DNA of 64,000 bases, taken from Salinarimonas sp. (GTDB lineage Bacteria; Pseudomonadota; Alphaproteobacteria; Rhizobiales; Beijerinckiaceae). The notes beneath the pieces are model-generated. The model saw nothing but the letters and a program-made list of their open reading frames with translations. It made no database searches and was not told the origin of the DNA. Below, one piece after another: positions 17,817-27,501 of this stretch. The translations under genes and the position numbers were made by a program. The first letter of the stretch is position 1. The number at the start of each line of letters is the position of its first letter. The stretch is from the NCBI GenBank assembly GCA_020832565.1, contig JAFIEI010000009.1:15669-79668 (forward strand), in the 5' to 3' direction.

Positions 17817-18711
17817 TGACAGGCAAGGACGGACCATCCTCCCCCATTTGTGGTTCGACGAGGCCGCCGAAGAAGCAGCGCAGCTCTACACTGCACTCGT
17901 CCCCGGTTCCGGCATCGGAACGATCAGCCGCTATGGCAAGGCCGGCTTCGAGCTGCACGGGCGGCCCGAGGGCTCGGCGATGAATGTCGAGATGCATATC
18001 GGCGACGAGCCCCTGCTCGCCCTCAATGGCGGGCCGCATTTCCGACCATCTCCGGCCATCTCCTATTTCCTCACCTTCGAGGACCGGGCGGGTCTCGATC
18101 GCGCCTGGTCCGCATTGGGTGCGGGCGGCCGGATCCGCATGCCGCTCGACGCCTATCCCTGGAGCGAGCGCTATGGCTGGCTCGACGACCGGTGGGGCGT
18201 GTCGTGGCAGCTCGCGCTCGGAACGCTTGCTCAGACCGGCGGGCAGACGCTGACGCCGATGCTGCTCTTTACCGGCGCGCAGGCCGGACAGGCCAGGGCG
18301 GCGATCGCGCATTATACAGGGCTGTTTCCGGATTCGGGGGTTGAAGGGATCCTGCGCCATGACGGGTCGGGGCCTGATCCGAAGGATACCGTCATGCATG
18401 CGCAGTTCCAGCTCGCGGGCCAGACCTTCATGGCCGGTGACAGCGCGCTTTCGCACGACTTCACCTTCACCGAGGCGAATTCATTCGTCGTTTTCTGTAC
18501 GGACCAGGCGCAGATCGATCACTACTGGAACGCGCTCTCGGCCGTACCGGAGGCCGAGCGTTGCGGCTGGCTGAAGGATCGATTCGGCGTGTCGTGGCAG
18601 ATCATCCCGCGCCACCTGCCCCAGCTTCTCTCCAGCCCTGATCCGCGGGTCATGGAAGCCTTCATGCAGATGCGCAAGATCGATATCGCGACACTGGAGG
18701 AAATCGCGTGA
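17809..18711 (+). CDS. Tandem-duplicated VOC-superfamily protein (PhnB/3-demethylubiquinone-9 3-methyltransferase-domain type)
   Basis: Two repeats end in the RYGWLDDRWGVSWQL and CGWLKDRFGVSWQI signatures. The start overlaps the upstream stop by 8 nt. Confidence 0.8.
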   Translation: MRDDRQGRTILPHLWFDEAAEEAAQLYTALVPGSGIGTISRYGKAGFELHGRPEGSAMNVEMHIGDEPLLALNGGPHFRPSPAISYFLTFEDRAGLDRAWSALGAGGRIRMPLDAYPWSERYGWLDDRWGVSWQLALGTLAQTGGQTLTPMLLFTGAQAGQARAAIAHYTGLFPDSGVEGILRHDGSGPDPKDTVMHAQFQLAGQTFMAGDSALSHDFTFTEANSFVVFCTDQAQIDHYWNALSAVPEAERCGWLKDRFGVSWQIIPRHLPQLLSSPDPRVMEAFMQMRKIDIATLEEIA

Positions 18712-18812
18712 CGGTCTCGTGTCACCTTCCCGATGCGCCTTCCGGGAGGCCTGAACTTGCCAGATCACCCCTGCGCGTCATAGCTGTTGGTTGCGCGAAC
18801 AGGGAAACGGAT

Positions 18813-19412
18813 GTGAGCGACAAACGCAGATCAGGCCGGGCGGATGGTGAGGCGACGCGCGCGCGTATTCTGGAAGCGGCGGTCAGGCGCTTCGCCAAAG
18901 CCTCCTATGATACGGTTTCGCTGCGCGAGATCGCAGGCGATGTCGGGGTCGATGTCGCCTATGTCCACCGCAGCTTCGGCTCGAAGGATCGCCTCTTCGC
19001 ACAGGCCCTGCGCGCAGCGTCCGGCGGCGATGTCATGGCCGGGTTCGATCCGGGCGCGGCCGGCGGATCGGCAAGGGCCTTCGCGGAGGATTTCGTGAAC
19101 CGCCTCGTTGAGAAGTCCCACGATCGACCTTACGAGGGGATCGAACCGCTCGATATCATGATCCACTCGCTGGGCAGCCGGAAGGCTGCAGAGATCCTGC
19201 GCGAGAAGGTTCGCGGGGACTTCGTCGCTCCCCTGTCGGAGCGCTTCGAGACGAATGGTGACTTGCGCGCCGGAATGATCGTTGCCGTGCTGATCGGCAC
19301 CGGGATCGCACGCGATCTTCTGAAGCTCGATGCCCTGGGCGATGCAGATAACGAAGAACCCGTGCTGGAACTCCTGAAGGAGGTCATCGCGGCCTTGATC
19401 GAAGAGCATTGA
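18813..19412 (+). CDS. TetR/AcrR-family transcriptional regulator
   Basis: The TetR HTH: TRARILEAAVRRFAKASYDTVSLREIAGDVGVDVAYVHRSFGSKDRLF. GTG start at 18813 is assumed; no in-frame ATG precedes the HTH. Confidence 0.8.
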   Translation: MSDKRRSGRADGEATRARILEAAVRRFAKASYDTVSLREIAGDVGVDVAYVHRSFGSKDRLFAQALRAASGGDVMAGFDPGAAGGSARAFAEDFVNRLVEKSHDRPYEGIEPLDIMIHSLGSRKAAEILREKVRGDFVAPLSERFETNGDLRAGMIVAVLIGTGIARDLLKLDALGDADNEEPVLELLKEVIAALIEEH

Positions 19413-19470
19413 ACCAGCCCAACTGACCCGCTCACGGCGCCAAGGGGCCCCGGTTCGTATCCCGAGACTT

Positions 19471-19486
19471 GTCAACAGTTGTTGAC
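19471..19486. promoter_or_regulatory. Inverted repeat GTCAACA-GT-TGTTGAC (candidate TetR operator overlapping -35-like hexamers)
   Basis: 7-bp perfect arms, read directly. Lies between the tetR-like stop (19412) and the RND adaptor start (19586). Confidence 0.5.
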
Positions 19487-19585
19487 TTTGGTACGGGCAC
19501 GCTCCTGCACGTCAACGTGACCGACGTGCTGCGCACCAGGTTTGCTGCCGGCACGGCGCCTGCTTCCAGATTGCGAGACCGAATA

Positions 19586-20704
19586 ATGATCAAGCGCATG
19601 ATAATCGCGATCGTGCTTCTGGGTGTGGTCGGCGGCGGCCTCGTCTGGTTCAACTTCTTCCGCGACCGGATGATCGAACAGTTCTTCGCAGACATGCCGG
19701 TACAGACCCTGCCGGTCGATACGTTGACGGCCGAGCCTTCGACATGGCGTCCGACCATCGGCACGATCGGAACCGCCCATGCCGCGCAAGGGGTTGATCT
19801 CACGGTCGAGGCGGCGGGCATCGTGCGCGAAATCCTGTTCAGCTCGAATGATCGGGTCGAATCCGGACAGCTTCTGCTGCGGCTGGACAGCGCCGTTCAA
19901 TCCGCAGATCTCGAGGCCGCGACCACACAACTTGAAACCGAGGAATTGAATCTCGTGCGCACCCGCGAGCTGCAATCCCGGGGTGTCGCGACGAGCGTAT
20001 CGCTGGAGGGAGCGCAGGCGGCCTATCGTGCCGCGCAGGCACAGGTCGCGAGGGTTTCGGCCCTCCTCGATCAGCGGCAGCTGGTCGCGCCGTTCGCGGG
20101 CACGATCGGCCTGCCCCGGGTGGATGTCGGCGAATATGTTTCCCCGGGCGCCGCGATCACGACGCTTCAGGATATCGACAGCATGCGCGTCGATTTCAGC
20201 CTGCCCGAGCAGCAATTGCCGAATGTCTTCATCGGGCAGGACATAAACGTGCGCATCGAAGGCAGGAGCGCGCCCTTCGAGGGTGAGATCACGGGCATCG
20301 ATCCACGGGTGGACCCAGCGAGTCGTATGTTTGCCATTCGGGCGACGATCAGCGACGCCGGCGGCGAAATCACGCCCGGTCAGTTCGTGCGCATCGAAGT
20401 TGCGCTTCCGCAGGAAGACGATGTGATCGCGGTGCCGCAGACCGCGCTCGTGACCAGCCTCTACGGCGATTTCGTCTATCTGGTCGAACCCGATCCGGAA
20501 AATGAGGATCGGCTCCTGGCCCGCCAGGTCTTCGTCACCGCAGGACGGCGCGCTCAGGATATGGTCGAGATCCGGGAAGGCCTGGAGGCCGGTGCGACGA
20601 TCGTGGCGACGGGCCAGAACAGGTTGTCGAACAACACCCCGGTCTCGCTTTCGGGCGATACCGAAGAAACCGAAGGCGAAACCGCAGCTCAGGCGGTGCG
20701 CTGA
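19586..20704 (+). CDS. RND efflux periplasmic adaptor (membrane fusion protein)
   Basis: N-terminal TM anchor MIKRMIIAIVLLGVVGGGLVWF, a coiled-coil segment, and the barrel-sandwich motif LVAPFAGTIG. Confidence 0.85.
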   Translation: MIKRMIIAIVLLGVVGGGLVWFNFFRDRMIEQFFADMPVQTLPVDTLTAEPSTWRPTIGTIGTAHAAQGVDLTVEAAGIVREILFSSNDRVESGQLLLRLDSAVQSADLEAATTQLETEELNLVRTRELQSRGVATSVSLEGAQAAYRAAQAQVARVSALLDQRQLVAPFAGTIGLPRVDVGEYVSPGAAITTLQDIDSMRVDFSLPEQQLPNVFIGQDINVRIEGRSAPFEGEITGIDPRVDPASRMFAIRATISDAGGEITPGQFVRIEVALPQEDDVIAVPQTALVTSLYGDFVYLVEPDPENEDRLLARQVFVTAGRRAQDMVEIREGLEAGATIVATGQNRLSNNTPVSLSGDTEETEGETAAQAVR

Positions 20705-23700
20705 TGAGTGTCTCCGATACCTTCATCAAGCGCCCCGTCCTGTCGACGGTGCTCGGATTCCTGATCCTGCTGCTCGGCGTCCAGGGGCTGCTGAACATGC
20801 AGACGCGGCAATATCCGGAGGTCGACGAGACCGTGATCACGATCACGACCGTCTATCCGGGTGCCTCGCCGGAACTGATCCAGGGCTTCATCACCTCGCC
20901 TGTCTCGGCGGCGGTCGCCACTGCCGAAGGCGTCGACTACATCACCTCGCAATCGCGACCCTCGGCATCGGTCGTGACCGTCAACATGCGTCTGGGCGAG
21001 GATCCCGACATCGCCCTCACCGAGGTGATGTCGAAGGTGCAGGAGGTGCGTGACCGCCTCCCCGACAATGCCCGCGATCCCAATGTCACCAAGGGTACCG
21101 GTTCCACCTTCGCTACGATGTATCTGGGCGTTCGCAATCCCGACATGTCGCCGGAACAGGTCACCGAGTATATCGAGCGGGTGATCGTGCCCCGCATGGC
21201 CACGATCGAGGGCGTCGCAGAAGCACAGGTGATGGGCGCTGCAAACTACGCGATGAGGGTCTGGGTCGATCCCGTGCGCCTCGCGGCCCACGGCCTCACC
21301 GCGCAGGAGGTGATAGCGGCGATCAACGATTCGAATTTCCTCTCCGCACCGGGCCGCACGCGCAACGTGTTCGTCTCCTACCCGATCGCGCTCGATTCGA
21401 CCCTGCAAACGCCCGAGACCTTCGGCGCCATGCCGGTTTCCGGGGACGGGGACACGATCGTCAGGCTGCGCGACATCGCAAGCATCGAACTCGCGGCTGA
21501 AAGCACCGACATGGTGGTCAGCTTCGACGGTGAAGCGGGCACCTTCATCGGCATCTTTCCCAGCCCTGCGGCGAATCCGCTCGATACCTCGTCCGCCGTA
21601 CGTGCGGAGCTTCCCGCGATCCAGGCGAGCCTGCCGGAGGGCATGTCGCTCGAATTGATGTTCGACGCCACCGAACAGATCGAAGCGTCGATCCGGGAGG
21701 TGCTGGTCACGATCTTCCTCGCAACCGTGATCGTCGCGTTGATCATTCTGCTGTTTCTCGGGTCCATTCGCTCCGTGGCGATGCCGCTCGTGGCGATCCC
21801 GCTTTCGCTCGTGGGCGTGGCCTTCATCCTCTTTGCCGTCGGTTATTCGATCAACCTCCTCACCCTGCTCGCAATGGTTCTCGCGATCGGGCTCGTGGTC
21901 GATGACGCGATCATCGTCGTGGAGAACATCCAGCGCCATATCGACGAGGGGCAATCGCCCCTCCAATCCGCCTATCAGTCGATGCGCGAGCTCACATCGC
22001 CCATCGTCGCGATGATGCTGACGCTCGTCGCCGTCTTCACGCCATTGTTCTTCACCGGCGGGCTCACGGGGGCGCTGTTTACGGAATTCGCGGTCACGCT
22101 CGCCGGTGCGGTCTTCATCTCGAGCATCGTGGCCCTGACGATCTCACCGATGATGTCGGCGCGGATCCTGCGCGCCGGCGGCGGCAACCGGTTCCAGAAC
22201 TGGCTCGACAGGCGTTTCACCACTTTCGAGGGCTGGTATGCCCGCAGGGTGGAATCCTCTCTGAATTTTCGCCCTGTGACCATTCTCGTCGTCATCGTCC
22301 TGTCCTGCGTGACCGTGTTCCTCTTCACCAAGACCTCCAGCGAACTCGCTCCCGAGGAGGATGCCGGCGCCCTGTTCTCTTTCGTCAACGCACCGAGCTA
22401 CGCCACCACCGATTACACCAGCCGCTATGTCGACGAGATGCGCGCCCTGACCTCGGACCTGCCCGAGCTCTCGGCAGACTTCTCGATCGTCGGCTTCGGC
22501 GGGCAGACAAATACCGGCATCATGGTCTGGGCCTTCGACGACTGGGCCGATCGCGCCCGAAGCCAGGCCGAAATCCAGGCCGATCTTCAGGAGCGGTTGC
22601 GGCCGATAACCGGCGTGCAGGCCTTCGTCTTCGCACCGCCCTCGCTGCCGGGAGCCGGCGGCGGCCTTCCGATATCGCTTGTGGTGCAGTCGACCGGCTC
22701 ACCGGCGCAGGTTTTCGATGTGGCCGACGAAATCCGGCGGGAGGCGGAGGCATCGGGCCGGTTCATCGTGGTGCAGAATTCGCTGGCATTCGACACCACG
22801 GAAATCCTCGTCACGATCGACCGCGATCGGGCCGCGGCCCTGAACCTTCCCGCCAGCCAGATCGGCGCGGCGTTGAGCCTGCTCGTCGGGGATGGCGCCA
22901 TCGCCCAGTTCGACCGGGATTCCAACAGCTATGACGTGATCATGCAGGTGCCGCAGGAATATCGCGACAATCCGGAGCGGCTCGGATCGTATTTCGTGCG
23001 CTCTCGTGCGGGTGACATGGTGCCGCTATCGGCCGTGATCACGGTCGATACCCAGCCTGCTCCGGCCACGATCGAGCAGTTCAATCAGCTCAACTCCGCC
23101 ACCATCACGGCGTTACCCATGATCGGCGTCTCCACCGGCGAGGGGCTCGACATCCTGGAGGGCATCGCGCGCCCGCTGCTCCCGGACGGGTTCTTCCTCG
23201 ATTATGCCGATCAGTCGCGGCTCGAGCGCAGCGAAGGCAATACGATCATCGTCGCTTTCGCGCTGGCCATCATCGTGATCTATCTCGTGCTCGCCGCTCA
23301 GTTCGAGAGTTTCCGCGATCCGTTCATCATCTTGATGTCGGTGCCGCTGTCGATCTTTGGTGTGATCGTGCCGCTCAATCTGGGCCTGGGAACGCTCAAC
23401 ATCTATACGCAGGTCGGGCTGATCACCCTGATCGGTCTGATCACCAAGCACGGCATTCTCATCGTCGAATTCGCCAACCAGCAGCGCCGCGCGAGCGACA
23501 TCAGCCGCGAGGCTGCGATCGTGATGGCGGCCAGGATGCGCCTGCGGCCGATCCTCATGACGACGGCCGCGACGGCACTCGGCGTCGTACCGCTGATCAT
23601 CGCCGATGGCGCCGGAGCGGCTGCACGTTCGGCGATGGGCATCGTGATCTTCTCCGGAATCACGGTGGGAACGCTCTTCACTTTGTTCGTCGTCCCGACA

Positions 23701-23799
23701 TTCTACTCGCTGATCTCGCCCCGGACATTCGCGGCGCTGCCCGACGAACCTCGCGACGCAAAGCATACCGGCAAGCTCGCGGAAGGTGTCGCAGACTGA
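20704..23799 (+). CDS. RND efflux permease (AcrB/HAE1 family)
   Basis: 1031 aa starting MSVSDTFIKRPVLSTVLGFLILLLG with a 12-TM architecture. The ATG overlaps the adaptor TGA by 1 nt. Confidence 0.95.
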   Translation: MSVSDTFIKRPVLSTVLGFLILLLGVQGLLNMQTRQYPEVDETVITITTVYPGASPELIQGFITSPVSAAVATAEGVDYITSQSRPSASVVTVNMRLGEDPDIALTEVMSKVQEVRDRLPDNARDPNVTKGTGSTFATMYLGVRNPDMSPEQVTEYIERVIVPRMATIEGVAEAQVMGAANYAMRVWVDPVRLAAHGLTAQEVIAAINDSNFLSAPGRTRNVFVSYPIALDSTLQTPETFGAMPVSGDGDTIVRLRDIASIELAAESTDMVVSFDGEAGTFIGIFPSPAANPLDTSSAVRAELPAIQASLPEGMSLELMFDATEQIEASIREVLVTIFLATVIVALIILLFLGSIRSVAMPLVAIPLSLVGVAFILFAVGYSINLLTLLAMVLAIGLVVDDAIIVVENIQRHIDEGQSPLQSAYQSMRELTSPIVAMMLTLVAVFTPLFFTGGLTGALFTEFAVTLAGAVFISSIVALTISPMMSARILRAGGGNRFQNWLDRRFTTFEGWYARRVESSLNFRPVTILVVIVLSCVTVFLFTKTSSELAPEEDAGALFSFVNAPSYATTDYTSRYVDEMRALTSDLPELSADFSIVGFGGQTNTGIMVWAFDDWADRARSQAEIQADLQERLRPITGVQAFVFAPPSLPGAGGGLPISLVVQSTGSPAQVFDVADEIRREAEASGRFIVVQNSLAFDTTEILVTIDRDRAAALNLPASQIGAALSLLVGDGAIAQFDRDSNSYDVIMQVPQEYRDNPERLGSYFVRSRAGDMVPLSAVITVDTQPAPATIEQFNQLNSATITALPMIGVSTGEGLDILEGIARPLLPDGFFLDYADQSRLERSEGNTIIVAFALAIIVIYLVLAAQFESFRDPFIILMSVPLSIFGVIVPLNLGLGTLNIYTQVGLITLIGLITKHGILIVEFANQQRRASDISREAAIVMAARMRLRPILMTTAATALGVVPLIIADGAGAAARSAMGIVIFSGITVGTLFTLFVVPTFYSLISPRTFAALPDEPRDAKHTGKLAEGVAD

Positions 23800-24157
23800 G
23801 CGCGCCGGCCCTGCATCGCGATTCACGCGCTTTCCTGCCCGGCAGAGGTGGCCCGGGCGCTTCGAGTGCCGCTGTCGACCCAACATCTGGTCCGCCGACC
23901 GGCATTTCATCGGATGCCTGCTCCCGATATCCGAGCTGAAGCGCGGATTCGGTTGGGGATGGTGGATGCAGTGAACGATGGAACGGCGAGGGCGACGCGC
24001 GCTTGGCAGGGTGCTTCCTGCCTGACTGGGTAGCCATGGCTGCGTTTGAACAAATCATCCCTTCAGCGCGCATTCATGTTGGTCATGACAAAACAAGTCT
24101 TAAATTGAGGAATGCTCGTTGAGCGCTTCTCAAGATATCAAATCCAGGGAGCGTAAA

Positions 24158-24670
24158 ATGATGAAAATATTCACGACCATAGCAGGCGCAGCCTTGATCG
24201 CGATGACCATGGCTCCATCTACGGCATCCGCATCGTCTACAGGCTTTGTGATCACCAATCTCAATGTTCGCGCCGGTCCGGGCGTCCAGTTTCCCGCCGT
24301 TGCAGTCTTCCCGCCGGGCGCCCGCGTGAATGTCATCGGCTGCACAACCGGCTTCGGTTGGTGCGACGTCTCGGCGCGTGGCATCCGCGGCTGGGTTTCC
24401 GGATCATATCTAGAATTTGCGCATCACAACCGGCGCGGCCGTGCCCCGGTGGTCGGAGCGCAGATCGGGCTTCCGATCATTACGTTCCAAATCGGGAGCT
24501 ATTGGGACAACAACTATCGCGGCCGGTCCTGGTACAACCAGCGCAGCCGTTTCAGCGGCCCTTCGCATCGTGTCGCGCCACGCCAGGCTGCGCCTGCACC
24601 GACGCGTGAATATCGCCGTGAAGACCGTCGTAGCCGCAATTGGGACGGGCGTCGCGGCGACCGTCGCTGA
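24158..24670 (+). CDS. Secreted bacterial SH3-domain protein with an Arg-rich tail
   Basis: Signal peptide MMKIFTTIAGAALIAMTMAPSTASA. SH3b pattern NLNVRAGPGVQFPAVAVFPPGARVNVIGCTTGFGWCDVSARGIRGWVSGSYL. Confidence 0.75.
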   Translation: MMKIFTTIAGAALIAMTMAPSTASASSTGFVITNLNVRAGPGVQFPAVAVFPPGARVNVIGCTTGFGWCDVSARGIRGWVSGSYLEFAHHNRRGRAPVVGAQIGLPIITFQIGSYWDNNYRGRSWYNQRSRFSGPSHRVAPRQAAPAPTREYRREDRRSRNWDGRRGDRR

Positions 24671-24803
24671 TGCCGGAAACGGCCTCGGCAAATATCCTCG
24701 GCTTGTCGCGTGACAGGCCGTGGCTCTGACATGGGGCGGCGAAAACCCGAGTGGACGGGCACCTCGCCCGTCCCGGCAGTCAGTGCATGCACAGTATTAT
24801 GCC

Positions 24804-24910
24804 CCTTGAGCGCCATCAGACCCGATAGAGTCGGATCGGGCGCTCTGAATTATGGTTTCGGCGCATCATTGCGTCCGTCAGCCGGTATTCACCTGACGGC
24901 ATGATGCTCT
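24804..24910 (-). repeat. Copy B (inverted) of the ~107-bp structured dispersed repeat
   Basis: Its reverse complement aligns with 6537-6643. The element starts within 1-2 nt of the usp stop codon (24909-24911). Confidence 0.8.
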
Positions 24911-25772
24911 AGCCCGTTGCACTCTCCAGGGGCACCACCAGGACGGGGCGGCGTGCGATTTCGCAGAGATTGGTGGCGGTCGAGCCGGTGACCATGCTTT
25001 CCACCCAGCTTTGTCCGTGCTTGCCGACGATGACGAGATCGGCATCGCGTTCCGCTGCGAGCCGGGCGATCGCCTCGGAGGGTTTGCCTTGTGCCAGGTG
25101 AACCTCCGGCTTGCCGCCTGCAGCATTGATCTCCTCGGCGATCTTTTCGAGAGCCGCATGCGCCATCGCGCGCCATTGGGTATATCGCTCCTGCTCCTGC
25201 ACCGTGGCGACATGGATGAGATCGACGGCTTGCGCTTTGGTGCCGAGTTCGGCCGCCGCGTGTTCTGCGGCACGCGCCTGTACCGAAAAGTCGGTCGCGA
25301 CGAGGACCCGGCGCAGGCCGGCATGGCAGGCGCGTTCACAGGACGCCGCGCCATCCTCGCCGTTGATCTCGATCCATTCGAGACGCACCGGGATACCGGA
25401 GAGGCGGACCACCTCGCGGGCGACGGAGCCGAGGAAGAGGCCGCGCATCATGTTCTGCCCGCGTGATCCGATCACGATCAGATCGGCGCCATGATCAGTT
25501 GCCGCTTCCAGGATACCCGTTGCCACCTGACCTGCGGCACGGATATCGGTCACGACATCCAGCCCGACCTCCCGCAAGGGAGCTGCGCGCTCCGCGAGCC
25601 AGTCGTTCAAGGCTTCCTCGTGGCCATAACCGGCGCCCTGCGCATAGCCGACCTGCACAATGTGGGTCAGGACCACGCTTTTCACGCCCAAATCGCGCAG
25701 ATCCGTCAGGCAATCGAGCATCGGGCCCTGGGCGGCCGAGTGGTCGAGGGCGATCAGGGCGGTCTCAAACAT
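24909..25772 (-). CDS. Universal stress protein, tandem UspA-domain type
   Basis: Two Usp halves, each ending in a G-2x-G-9x-G(S/T)-like ATP motif ([23 protein letters not shown] and [23 protein letters not shown]). Confidence 0.85.
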   Translation of the reverse strand: MFETALIALDHSAAQGPMLDCLTDLRDLGVKSVVLTHIVQVGYAQGAGYGHEEALNDWLAERAAPLREVGLDVVTDIRAAGQVATGILEAATDHGADLIVIGSRGQNMMRGLFLGSVAREVVRLSGIPVRLEWIEINGEDGAASCERACHAGLRRVLVATDFSVQARAAEHAAAELGTKAQAVDLIHVATVQEQERYTQWRAMAHAALEKIAEEINAAGGKPEVHLAQGKPSEAIARLAAERDADLVIVGKHGQSWVESMVTGSTATNLCEIARRPVLVVPLESATG

Positions 25773-26847
25773 CGGTCTGTTCCTTCTTGCGACCCGCGCG
25801 GATCGGCGTTTCCTCTTCCGGGAACCAGTGGCGGGTGCGGTTGGCGAAGGCGACGAGGGAGAGCATCACCGGCACCTCCACCAGCACGCCCACCACCGTC
25901 ACGAGCGCGGCGATGGAATTGAGGCCGAACAGGCCGATCGCCACGGCGACCGCGAGCTCGAAGAAATTCGAGGTGCCGATCATGGCGCAGGGTGCTGCCA
26001 CCTTGTGCGGTACACGCCAGGCCTTGGCCGCCCAATAGGCCACGGCGAAGATGCCGTAGGACTGGATCAGGAGCGGGATCGCGATCATCACGATGACGAG
26101 TGGCTGGGTGAGGATCACCTCGCCCTGGAAGCCGAAGAGCAGCACCACCGTGGCCAGCAGGCCGATGATGGAGAACGGCTTCACCCCGGCGGTAAACCGC
26201 GCCACCGCCGCCTCACCCTCAGCCGGTGAGCGCGCCCGGCGCGTGAGATGCAGCCGCGTGAGCACACCGGCGGTGAGCGGCACCACGATATAGAGTACGA
26301 CCGAGAGGATCAGCGTATCCCACGGCACGGTGATATCGGTGACACCGAGCAGCAGGGCCACGATCGGTGCATAGGCAAAGATCATGATCGCATCGTTGAG
26401 CGAGACCTGCGCCAGAGTGTAATTCGGATCGCCCTTCGTCAGCGTCGACCAGACGAAGACCATGGCCGTGCAGGGCGCTGCGCCGAGCAGGATCATGCCG
26501 GCAATATACTGCCCCGCCGTGCCGGGCTCGATGAAGGGTGCGAAGACGATCTCGAAGAAGAGCACACCGAGCGCCGCCATGGTGAAGGGCTTGATCAGCC
26601 AGTTCACGGTCAGCGTGATGACGAGCCCCTTGGGCCGCTCATGCACCCGCGCCAGCGAGGAAAAATCCACCGCCACCATCATCGGATAGACCATGGCCCA
26701 GATCAGCACCGCCACGACGAAGTTGATCGAGGCGTATTCGAGTGCAGCCAGCGCATCGAATACGCCGGGAATGATCGAGCCGAGAGCGAGGCCCGCGATC
26801 AGGCACAGGGCGACCCAGACGGAGAGGTAACGTTCGAATAAGGACAT
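25765..26847 (-). CDS. acr3: ACR3-family arsenite efflux transporter
   Basis: [23 protein letters not shown] start, the conserved [12 protein letters not shown] cysteine motif, and ~10 TM segments. The ATG at 26847 is used; the longer track ORF is read-through. Confidence 0.9.
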   Translation of the reverse strand: MSLFERYLSVWVALCLIAGLALGSIIPGVFDALAALEYASINFVVAVLIWAMVYPMMVAVDFSSLARVHERPKGLVITLTVNWLIKPFTMAALGVLFFEIVFAPFIEPGTAGQYIAGMILLGAAPCTAMVFVWSTLTKGDPNYTLAQVSLNDAIMIFAYAPIVALLLGVTDITVPWDTLILSVVLYIVVPLTAGVLTRLHLTRRARSPAEGEAAVARFTAGVKPFSIIGLLATVVLLFGFQGEVILTQPLVIVMIAIPLLIQSYGIFAVAYWAAKAWRVPHKVAAPCAMIGTSNFFELAVAVAIGLFGLNSIAALVTVVGVLVEVPVMLSLVAFANRTRHWFPEEETPIRAGRKKEQTDV

Positions 26848-26864
26848 GGTGACTGCGTGCTTTC

Positions 26865-27245
26865 TCAGCGGAGATCGGGGGCGAGGGATCGGGGCGCCGG
26901 GTCGTGGAGCGGATCCGCCGGTGCGACGAGCACCTCGAGGAGTTCGGCGAGCGGCTCGAGACTTCCCGGATTGAGCGAATAACAGATGCGCGGGCGCTCG
27001 ATCTCGCCCGTTATGATCCCGGCGCACTTGAGAATGCGCAGATGCTCGGAGACCGTCGATTGCGCCAGCCCGATATCCTCCACGATGTCGCAGCCGATGC
27101 AGGAACGCTTCGCCAGAAGCAGTTTCACGATACGCACCCGCGCCGGGTGCCCCAGGGCCTTGGCGATCGCCGCGATGCGCGCATTGTCGCGTTCCTGGAC
27201 AGCGAGAGCCGGCAGCGCGCCGGCACCGGTGTCGGATATGGCCAT
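26865..27245 (-). CDS. arsR: ArsR/SmtB-family metalloregulator
   Basis: [22 protein letters not shown], preceded by a Cys pair (SCIGCDIV) where canonical ArsR has ELCVCDL. Confidence 0.85.
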   Translation of the reverse strand: MAISDTGAGALPALAVQERDNARIAAIAKALGHPARVRIVKLLLAKRSCIGCDIVEDIGLAQSTVSEHLRILKCAGIITGEIERPRICYSLNPGSLEPLAELLEVLVAPADPLHDPAPRSLAPDLR

Positions 27246-27279
27246 GATGAACCTCTTTCTCCGAATCATGGAGTTCGTC

Positions 27280-27297
27280 AATCGTCGAAAGACGATT
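27280..27297. promoter_or_regulatory. Inverted repeat AATCGTC-GAAA-GACGATT upstream of arsR (candidate ArsR operator)
   Basis: 7-bp perfect arms starting 35 nt upstream of the arsR ATG. Flanked by a second imperfect pair, GTTCG...CGAAC. Confidence 0.45.
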
Positions 27298-27501
27298 TAC
27301 TCGAACACCTGCCGGCGAGCAACAGGGAAACCACGGATGCGACATGTGCTTTGTAACGCCCGCGATCATCGGCTCATGGCGCGATGTGCTGGCCCGGATC
27401 GCGGGTGAGGGCATCGCGAGCCGACCACGCCCGATCGGCTTCAGCTGCTATGGGGATGTGAATTATGTGCTCGGGTCGAGGCTTGCCCGCTACGCATCGG
27501 A

